Shown here one piece after another: positions 36,101 through 45,913 of a DNA stretch of 64,000 nt. Location: contig CM082580.2 in the NCBI GenBank assembly GCA_040954595.2, positions 8,844,390 to 8,908,389 of the forward strand, in the 5' to 3' direction. The notes below the pieces were generated by a model that saw nothing but the letters and a program-made list of their open reading frames with translations, was not told where the DNA came from and searched no databases. Made by a program: the position numbers and the translations under genes. Source of the stretch: Balanoglossus misakiensis. Lineage: Eukaryota; Animalia; Hemichordata. Every line of letters begins with the position of its first letter. Position 1 is the stretch's first letter.

Positions 36101-39100
36101 TATCGAAATTTGCTGGAAATCATCCTCACTTGTGGATGCACACTGCAAATTTTTCAGGCAAAGTTTTTTTTTCTTCTAAATGAAGAATGGTCGTCAAGAT
36201 ATCATGTAAGATTAAATGAACAGAGAAAGGGTGAGAATGAATCAAGTATTAAACAAATGGTAAATGGACTGAGAGATTTAAGCTGAGACAGTTAGTCTAA
36301 TCAAGCTGTACATCGTCTTAAGAATTCACATTGATGAGAAGATGGGGCTACTGTGAATTCAAAAATGAGAGAGTATACCTGAAATTGAGGGGGAGGGGCA
36401 GTGTGAGGAGAAATATGTAATGGGCCATTTGAAAAGAACCCCCCCCACCCAAAAAAAAAGTCAACCGTCCCAACAATCTGCAATAAATGTAACATTTAAT
36501 GAATGTACCACTAGTTGCCAGGGGTGCCATTTGGGCGGAGGGGCACTACAATTAGGGTGACAGGGATACACTGTGGTAATACAGGAATTTGGTGAGTAAC
36601 ACTTGTGTACAGTGTACCACAACACTTTCTCAAAAGAGTATGGGATCAAATACAAAGGAGAGAAACTCAAAAACATAGTAAAAATTAAACAATTAAAAAG
36701 AAACAGTTTAGGGATAGAGATTTCTGAAGCAGTACATCTAGCATGGAATGTAACTTTACATGCATGAACACTGAGTGACAGCCCAATCTTTCTCTCTCCA
36801 AGTACAGTCTTTCATCATTCATTTACACATGTGTGTATAGTCGTCTACTAGTTTTCCCCTCACTGAAAACATAATCCCCCTTTCTACATTTCGAATTCGA
36901 TGCGGTTTTCTGATTACCTATGTCTTGGCATTGCACACACACTGGAGTTCAAGTTGAAACATCATGCATGACACTGCTACGTGATGCATGAAACAATTAT
37001 TTGTGCACTGAGTTAAAGGTAAGAGATTTTGAGCTGTCACCACACCCATTGTCCAACAGTAACACACAGTCTGCGGTTCAAAGTTTTACCATAACATTTT
37101 GCTATATTCCGCAGTGTTCTTTGTAAAATTCCTCATGCACATTTTTGTGTGTGAAATTGTCGAGGAGAACAGAGAGAATTAGCATAGGCACAAGTTGAAA
37201 AATAGTTTGTCCAATATGATGAAAAAGCAAATGTTTAAATTTTAATCTTGGTTTGAGTGAAAGAAACAGAACCAAAGACCGTGTCTTACATCTAGACAGA
37301 GGCAAACCAAAAAAGCACTTAAAACATGCATGTTTTTTTTTAGAGTGAGTTACAATGTAGGCTACCTTTTCCAGTCCGTGAAAGCCTTTTCCTTATTTGG
37401 CTAGGTTTAACTAAATGCTCTACGCCATCGTTATACGAATTAGTACCATCAAGCTCTGTCAGTTGGGGGGAAAACCACAGTGCACCAATGAAATCAATGA
37501 AGATGAAAAAGAAAAAATCCAAGAACACCCACCATGATATGTCACACCATACAGAGTGAGAGAAGCCCAAAATTCACAATTAAAAATATAAATAATTAAT
37601 GAGCGATTGTCACGCACACAAAAATGAAACTAAAAGCGGCAAAAACATGTTGCTCTGTTCACATGCACTTCTGCGTTGCCTTATATCAATGTTGCTACTG
37701 AAGTCTGCGTGGATGCTGTCCTTAGGTACAAACGCTTACAAATATTATAACATGCATGAATGAAAAACCAGCTGCTTCTAATCTAAAACCCGTGAAGGCT
37801 TATTGAGACTCGTATGCTTAACGTTGAATGCAGTGTTGCACAAGTTTTCTTCTGTTCATTGCGAAAATTTTACACAGTGATATCCTGGGGGAGGGGGAGG
37901 GGTGGGATGGGGTGGGGAGCAAAGACTTACCTTGACTGTGGACATTACTGCGTGGTCGTCGCCTCTTAGGGGAATCTCTGCCATGCAAAGAGAACACAAA
38001 AAGAAAATGTGACTTGAGTGTAGTCACAAGCTGTGGTTTTATGCTATACAAACTCAACAAATGGGGACACTTCACAGCATGGTTTGACAACTGGATTTGT
38101 ACTCCGAAAATGGAAAAAGAGCATGACCCTAAAAATATGTAATGTTAACTAGCAGATCGTAACTTACACAGTCTTGCTATCATATCTTTTCGGCTTGGGT
38201 TTGGGTGGCGGCGGTCTCTTCATTTCATTGCGGATGTTCTCCATCGACAGAGTGCGGTTGAGTTTGACGTGGTCTTCAGTGTCCGTCTTCTTGTCGAAAG
38301 CCTCCTTGAAGAACGGTGTAAATACAGCAGCTGGCAACGGGGAAACACAGCGGTGGTCAGTTAGAATCAGAGAGTGAAACACAAGCACGAGAAATATTCA
38401 GAATCGGAAAACTTTATTATCTGTCAGATGTGCAGTGGTGTGGCAGAAGCCGAATTCCCCTATTGGCTTTTTAAGACAATTCACTCACTTTCTTGCCGGA
38501 ATTTCTGTGACGCCGTGACAAACTTCACCTCGAGTTCATCGGCCAGAGCAATGCCATCTGACAGCAGCTTCTGCGACTCGGGGTCCAAGATGACACTTGG
38601 TGGAGACACCGCCAGTATCAGCTTCGGAACGTGCAACACAGCCCTGGAAAAAGCCCTGGGGAAATAACGCACACACACAAAAATTTACACCGTCAAAATG
38701 TAGAAAGGGTGATTTTTTTTTCAGTGTGGGGGAAATAGAATTGACCAACAAACTTCATGTGACCGAAATTCAATTAGCCATATTTCAAACTGATTAGTCA
38801 TTTTTTTCCGGTACAAGCCATCCTTCTACTTGACAAATTCGTAACACTGCATAACGTGGCTTACTTCATCATGGCAAGCGATGCTTTTCTCTTGGTTGAG
38901 TAGACCAGAATGTAGCCGTGGTGTAAATCCTGCTTGAGTGTCATGGCCTGGTGGTAGGAGACGGCCATCACTTCCACCTTCCTCTTCTCCGAGCCCAGGA
39001 ACGTGTCCAGGGCGATGGTCTGCGCCTTGTCCGGGTTGATCCAGCAGCACTGGTGGTTGACCAGTGGCGCCAGAACCATGTCCGCTTGGTACGGATCATC

Positions 39101-42100
39101 GCACATCATGCACAGTTGAATCCTGGGTGGGAAACGTACACGTTAGTATTTAGCATGTCAGTTGTCAGTTGTAAATAGAGTCAACACAACATGCCAACAT
39201 TCAGGCTAATCAAGATGGGCCACACTATAGTCTTGCTCCTAGTGAACATGGTCACGCACTTGATTAGACCATCACAAAGACAATGTCTTGTAACTTTGTA
39301 AACACTCTCAAGTGTATTATAAAGAACTTTTTTATGGTGCACAGTGGGTGTGTACTGTGTCCATAAATATTCAAATCACCTGTTTATTAGCAAAAATCTA
39401 CTATCATTTGTCGACGAGTCAGTTCTGGAATTCTATGAAGGTGCTGCCTTTGCAAATTATATAGATCACTCACTTCAAAAATCACGCACACAAGAAAATT
39501 AAGATCAATGAAGAATTGTTTCTCTTACTTGATGTCAGGGTCCATGTACTCGCGCGAGTTCTCGCCCCCGAGTCCCGACCGAAACTGAATGGTTTTGATG
39601 ATACCACGCAGAGCCTGGGTGATCTGAGATTCATGGAATCTCTTTCCGTGCCACAGAGTATCTGTCGGTATGTCTACAAACACGCACTGTAAACTGCAGA
39701 CACAGAGAAGGAAAAAAACATTAATATTTGAGGCTCGAAATATCCTTTCATGTTCCTTTTGAGTAATTACACCACATCAATGAAGCAAAAGTTCCAGCGA
39801 GAGACTGTATATTACTATAGCTGAACCTCTCACAGCAATTATGCTAATACATGTAACCAACATTTTTTTTGTTCCAAATCGTCAAAATAACAAAATTATT
39901 GACAGTTTTCATTATCCTCTTCACCATACAATGCAGTAAAGTGATTATTTTTTACCTGTCGGCCAATTCCTGCCCTCCACTACGCAGTTCATTGTTTTCA
40001 GCATCTGAGTTGGAAGTTTCGCGTGCAAAGATAACGGCTAACGGCAGTCCAGGAAAATCAACTTTGGTTGATTCTGAGGGAAGTACTGTTTTGTGTAAAC
40101 TTTTGTGGAGATAGTCCAGAGCTGCCCTACAGTTATATACACATACACAGGCTGGAGAAAGAAAGAGGGAATAAAATACAATTAGTAAAAATACTGAGAT
40201 ACTACACAAAGAAAGTCACACAAATACTGGAACAACGGAGCCTAGAGTAGGAAACAGTCCCTCCTTACCATTTGGCATAAAAGATGGAGTCCTAAAGGCA
40301 TGGTTTGGTAGCGTGACATCACCTTCAATTGGCCGCAATTCCAAACTATAAATGTTTCCATCTAGAGTATAATCTTCTTCACACGACTGGGCCTGGGATT
40401 TTGTACACAGAAGGTAATTTGTGAGAAATGCTTTTTTTTAATCATTCTTAGATGACAGTGTTGTCCTCATAGGCATCGTAGTGCTTTGTCAACGTCCATT
40501 GAAATATTCCTATGGATGATCTGTTTATTAGTGTCAATACTTTATAGTTTGGAGTATTGGTCTAATCTTATTACATCCTGACAAGCAAAATAATGCCTTG
40601 CAGTATTCTAAGACAAAACGAAGAACTAGAACCTGAGGCAGTTCAAGAAAACGGTATGTCTTGGAAACTGTATGACTCTCTACATATCAACTTGACTGTA
40701 AATCTAGTTACCAGACATACCTTAATCTCATTGGATAATTCATCTGCTAAGCCATCTTGTCCGAGTAACACAATGTTCAGTTTGTTATTTGACTCTATGC
40801 AGCTTGTACGTCGGTTCCAGGAAGACGGCCTACATGAACAGGAAAAATGGTAATTCCCAATCAAACACGGTTTCTGAAGTAGTTCAGAAGAAATCATGAC
40901 GTAAATGTAGTCACGATGCTTTTTTTACCCATAAGTAACTTTCAGAATTCACAATTTTTAATTAACTTCCTACAACATAGACAATCCAACTTTTCAGTCT
41001 GAAAGTTTATGCATCTGTCATGGGAAAGAATGCTAACAGACAAATGAAATGAATTCATATACTTTATCATGTGAGTCAGTCCTACTGATTATCAATGTTA
41101 ACCCTTCCAACCACAGCCCTGGCTTAGAAGGAAACACCCCAATGACATCATAGGTCACCAGAGGGGTCAGGGTAAACATTGATAAACAGTAGGACCGACA
41201 CACTTGTTTTTCAGTGGTGAATATTGTATTGCACACTGAATAATGTTTGACATGAGTATCCTTTCTGCCGATGACTAACCAAAGTCCACAGTAAACTTCA
41301 GTTGTCAACGATAAAAAACAGAGCACACGTCACTTGGTACCAACATTTTTGTACTAAACTACAGCTGTTTTACCATGTGTGTACATTGCAAGCAGAATAT
41401 TTAAGTGATGCTTTAGAATGATCAGAAAATGAATGACTGCTCATGTGAAGAGCAACACAGATCCATTACGGCATTAGTACCATTACTTCATCAACTGCCA
41501 TTGCAACATTTACTTAAAAGTTCTGAAGATTGAAGAAAATCTCTTTAAAATTCAAAATTTAAACATCAAAAAATAATAACATGGTCAATTAATCATCATG
41601 CAAAACTTTTAACAAATTAACTTGGTGTATCAAATTCCTGTGAAACAAAAAGGTTACACATATTTATCACTCGCGCACGCACACACACACACACACGCAC
41701 AAACTGGACCTCTCAACACAAACACCAGCAAAACTGACCTCTGACACCAAACTGTTGGACACAGAACACTACTAACAAACAGCACAAACAAAAATTCACA
41801 AATGGATTTTTCCACCCAGCCATTATATAGACACCATGTGCAGCAAAGTAAGATTGCGGGCATTAACAGGTGGCGCCAAATAAAAAAGAAAGAAATATAA
41901 ACCGAGGAGTTCTGGATGCAGGAATTTTACGGAAATAAAAAGCAAGAGACAGCAACAAGTCCCGGCATAACATAGGGATGAGGGGTGCAATGAGATATAG
42001 AGGAAGGTCATTTGGGGTTCTGATCCTTACCTAACTCTCCTTCAAAGGGTTTTTTATTAGTACACATTGATGGAAGAAAAAGAAACAGAGGCTATTGTCA

Positions 42101-45100
42101 GCAACCGAGAGAAAGCAGCAGGTAACAGTTTGGACGAAGTGAAACTATTTCCATCGTTTTGATTTCTTCATTTTATTGCAACAGGCATCTGGTCGCTGAA
42201 GTCATGGAATACTACATAGGACTACAGATTACTCGATACACCATTAATTCACCCATCCTTTAATTTAAGTATTTGATTAGTCCATTTAGCCCAGGTTGAG
42301 CCAGCCATTCTATCCTTGTTTAGTACACAGGGGAAATCAGATGCAAGCTGCGAGTCGTTCTTTTTTTTAAATTCCCAAGCCAGCCTGACTTCCGACAAAA
42401 TGGAATGCAAATACCCAACCACCATAAACGAATGACAGAAGCGGTGGGGTCAGCGGTGAGGTCACCAGCTGTCACTTGAGGGGGAGGGGAGAAAAAACCA
42501 AGATTTTCAACTGTACGCATGGCGTCAACTCACCTGTGTGCGTTGCTGTCAAAGCACTTCTCCACGAGGATGTCCGCGCAGTTCTCGCCGCTGAGACAGG
42601 TCTCTTTGGTCGGGTTGTGGAGGAACCCGATGTGCCGAAGAATAAGTACTTCTCTGTCTTGATCGAGGAAATTCAAGGCAGTGTACCTGGGGGAGAAACG
42701 AGAACAGAGGAGGGGGTTTGAATCGCACATACCCACCATTGAACCTACACTTTTATTAATGACGCATGCCAAGTGTGAACACCTGGTGCCAATGTGATGA
42801 TAATATATGTCAAACTTGTCAGAACAACTATAGAAGGGTCATTCAAATACTTAGACATGCCCTTTTTGACCATATATGGACATATGTAAATTAGAGGTGC
42901 TCGTACACCTTAGATGACCCTACCTGGGTTCTCGTTTGAGTGCCTCGTGTACTTTTTTCAGGTCGTCTTTATCGACAGTTTTGCTTGGGTCTAGCTTAGC
43001 GAACACTCCAGAGTATTCCAGTAAAAGTTCACGGAAGTCGTCCTTGGCACTCTCTCCCAGCTCCTTCTGATGCACAACGTAGATCTCTTTCTTTTCCTTG
43101 TCGTTGAGTTCCCGGAAGCACTCGGACTCCATGAGGAATATGGTGATCTCCTCGTAGGGCTTTCCCGGCGAGATCGTCCCTGTCTTTTCCAGCAGCGTTT
43201 TGAACTCTGCTTTCATCCTAAGGAGAGAGGAAAACCACGGAGATCAAACACACTTCTAAAAAATAAATCCCCATGAGCTGCAACTTTTTAACAACAACAT
43301 TGCTGATTACTACAGAAGGGCTGTGATAATAAAACAAATGTGGAGTAAATCTTTATGTTTAACAGAGTAGAATAAGAAACCACAGTTGATACCCAAACAA
43401 AAATACTGGAGCTCTAAACACACAGTTTCGGTACATGAACATAGAACCTCACCTTTCTTTTCTCACTTTTGCATTCAGTTTATTGATATGATCTCTGAAA
43501 CCCCTCTCCATTTCATGAGCATTGTGTACCAGGACATCGAACGGAATCCTCGTCTCCTCGTCATGGTGGATGATGTCGCTCTCTTTCCAGTGTTGGCCGT
43601 CGGGCAGCATGACAAACCACTTGTCAAAGAGCGAGTGCTGGCGGATCAGGTCGTGGCAATCCTTCAACTCCCTGAGAAAACATCAGACCCGTCAAAACAT
43701 TACTGCTGAAGATCACACAATATGTTTTTAAAAAAATGTGTACTTGCACACATTGCACTTCCAGTTCCAAGCACCACCCTCAGACTGATCTGGTGTCACA
43801 GCCCTCATCATTTGACCTCGTCTAATTGCAATAGTTAATTTCCACAGTAAAGTGCTTGCCCTTTTCAGCTTTTTCCACCCAAGAAGAATTAAATTGGCAA
43901 TTGTGTTCACGTGTGTACTTTATTGTTCAAAGGTTAACTGTAGAGGGCGCTGTTTTGACCTTGACACTCACTCAGTGTGTGCCAGTCTGAGGTTTGTACA
44001 CTCTCAAAGAATTACACCACTGAACTTACTTTCCACTTATCTCCGTAATGTCGGGAAATATTTCTTCTAATGCCTTTGGTAATGTGTTCAAATACTGTAA
44101 GAGTTTCTTTGTGAGGTGCTCATCTTGCAGTTTCTGGATATGTCTAGAGTACATGAGTTTCGCCCGCCTCTCCCCCAGCACCTCGACATATTTCTGATAG
44201 TCCTTCTCCCGCTGAAATTCCTTCTTTTTCGTGTTCCAGACCGTGTGATACTTGGTCACTTGCGACTGGAGGAGCGCCGTGTAATTGTCTGTCGCAACCT
44301 CAATGATCTGTTTCTGGTGCTTGGAGGCGTCGTGATATGTCGTGTTCTTGGCCTTGACCCGCTTGTCGATCATCTGCGCCAGCACCATGAAGGCCGTCTC
44401 CACGTTCACGTTCTCGTTGGCCGACGTCTCCACAATGTGCACCCTCTTGTTGCCGGCGAACCTGTCCGCCTCCTTCCGGTAGTGGTCGCTCGCCTCGTCG
44501 CACTTGGTGGCCACCAACACGATGGGTTTCTTGGCCTTGTTCAGCATGTTGAACAGCCCCTCCAGAAATTTCACTTGCTGGTCGAGTGTGCGACTGGGGA
44601 CGTTGCTGACGTCAAATACGCACAGGAAACCGTCGATGGTGATCTTGCCATCTGGCAGTGGTATCTGGTCAAACTCGTTCTCGAGACCTGGAACAAGCAA
44701 CACAAGAACGATTTGGTATACGCATGCATGTTTGTTTACGTCAAGTCATGGATGGGTCAGAAGCAGTACAGTATGCACCTTATGCAACTTCAAGAATAAT
44801 CTACCAGTACCAGTACTTTATGGTGACTTCAAAGAGGTACTGCGACCTGTCAACACTACTGAGAGTAAGAAGACTACAATAACAGCAATAGCTCTCAATA
44901 TTTTATCACGCAGACACACTGAACAAATGGAGAAGTGGCTGTGATGAAAACTGAACATTTTTATCTCTCCGTTGATTTACAACAGCAATAAAGGAATGGC
45001 ATAAAAGGCACTGTGCAGTTTCAATTCAGCACAGTAGGGAAATGACCTTGTGGAGGTTATCAGAGGTCAGGGCTTGACTTCCTTGCTAATGCTGTCATAT

Positions 45101-45648
45101 GAAACCTTTCCTTGGGAACATGTCCTTTGGGCTGAACTTGATATTAGCTTGGGATTCGATGCTAAACTCCATTAAAGTCTTGGAAATATTTCAGCCGTAT
45201 GAGTTAGCTGAAACCCTTAGAAGGTTTGGAAGAGAGCACAGAAGGGCTTACCTAACTGATCTTTTCCAATGTACATGAGTTTTTCTGCTGAAGTCAGTTT
45301 CAAGTTGGTACTCCTCTTGAAGTACGTGTTGGAGTTGGATCCTCGCAGGGGCGCGAACGACGTGTCGTCGATGAACTCCGTCTGCTCTATGATGTTGAAC
45401 ACAATTTCCTCGTCGTCCGACTTCTTGGCGACGCTGCCCCAGTACAGGAAGTGGTCGTTGTTGACGACGCGTCCCCCGAAGTCGCTCTGGCTCAGCACGG
45501 AGATGTGTTCCTTGCTGTAGTCGTCCTCGCGCGGCCGCACAAAGCGGTTGCAGAGGCACGACTTCCCGACGCCCTGCGCACCTTTCTCCTTCTCCGTCCC
45601 CGACAGCCCCACAACAGAGATGTTGAAGGTTTTCTCCTTTTTCGACAT
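24106..45648 (-). CDS. ARHGAP35: p190 Rho GTPase-activating protein (ARHGAP35/ARHGAP5 family): N-terminal GTPase-like domain, FF repeats, pG1/pG2 pseudoGTPase domains, Pro/Tyr-rich linker, polybasic region and RhoGAP domain; about 1654 aa using terminal exon A
   Basis: Exons in transcript order: 45648-45252, 44687-44030, 43671-43453, 43217-42924, 42686-42534, 40829-40721, 40392-40269, 40151-39956, 39693-39529, 39122-38865, 38655-38489, 38330-38168, 37977-37931, 37455-37366, 35929-35813, 34468-34406, 33036-32878, 31494-31328, 30544-30338, 29503-29245, 28477-28305, 27885-27766, 27520-27373, 27196-27119, 26928-26797, 26397-26292, 24301-24106. All are GT-AG and phase-compatible, totalling 4965 nt. 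Motifs [65 protein letters not shown], the arginine finger EGLYRVPG, and [19 protein letters not shown]. It is probably co-orthologous to both vertebrate paralogs. Confidence 0.93.
26636..26719. mobile_element. About 90-bp MITE family copy, p190 intron
   Basis: TTAACCCTTTCACCACCATGGTCCAAACCCATTGTTTTCTATGGTAAGGTTGGACC...AAAGGTTAA. Confidence 0.75.
28189..28291. mobile_element. About 90-bp MITE family copy (opposite orientation), p190 intron
   Basis: TTAACCCTTCCACC...GGTCCAACCTTACCACAGAAAACAATGGG...GGTGGAAGGGTTTA. Confidence 0.75.
30080..30115 (-). CDS. Candidate 36-nt cassette exon of p190RhoGAP ([12 protein letters not shown])
   Basis: Pyrimidine tract TTTATTTTTCCCCCCTGCATCTGAG| and donor CTG|GTGAAT. 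Phase 0-0 matches the flanking exons and there is no stop. Confidence 0.4.
31201..31291. mobile_element. About 90-bp MITE family copy (opposite orientation), p190 intron
   Basis: TAACCCTTTCACC...GTCCAACTTTACCACAGAAAACAAAAGATTTGGACCAAACCAT...GGTGAGAGGGTTAA. Confidence 0.75.
32727..32818. mobile_element. About 90-bp MITE family copy with perfect terminal inverted repeats and TTAA flanks
   Basis: TTAA CCCTTTCACC ... GGTGAAAGGG TTAA. Confidence 0.8.
33292..33321 (-). CDS. Candidate 30-nt cassette exon of p190RhoGAP ([10 protein letters not shown])
   Basis: Acceptor GGACAG| and donor CAG|GTAATG. Phase 1-1 matches the neighbouring exons and there is no stop. Confidence 0.45.
41674..41701. repeat. 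(CA)n / (CGCA) microsatellite in a p190 intron, UG-rich in the transcript
   Basis: CGCACGCACACACACACACACACGCAC run. Confidence 0.85.
42031..42039 (-). CDS. Candidate 9-nt microexon of p190RhoGAP between the last FF-region exon and pG1
   Basis: Minus strand reads TACTAATAAAAAACCCTTTGAAG|GAGAGTTAG|GTAAGG: a branch-point-like sequence, an AG, 9 nt and a strong donor. It preserves frame in a phase-2 intron. Confidence 0.45.
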   Translation of the reverse strand, partial: ES

Positions 45649-45913
45649 TTTTTTTTTGCGTGTGTTTCCCCGGCGCGACAGTAATCAGCGACAAACTGTC
45701 AACAAATGGTCTTCACATCTAGAGAAATGGACAAATCCCCCTTCTTGGATGTCCTAATTACCTGATTGCCATGGCAATAACTCAGTTCGCAAAATAATAA
45801 AGTCTCAGGTGACCTGCATTTAGTCTTGTCTGTGCGGTGGTGACCTTGACGATGATTTCAAAATCCCACATCAGCTTCTGAAAACAGTGGTTACCTCAGC
45901 TCATGGTTCTTGT
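45649..45913 (-). other. 5' UTR portion of the first coding exon of p190RhoGAP
   Basis: Acceptor TTTGTGTTTCAG| at 45914-45915. An A-rich run immediately precedes the ATG at 45648. Confidence 0.55.

Noticed and set aside
44116-44944. Long plus-strand ORFs (227 and 146 aa) opposite p190 exon 44687-44030
   Set aside because: Antisense shadows of a GC3-rich coding exon.
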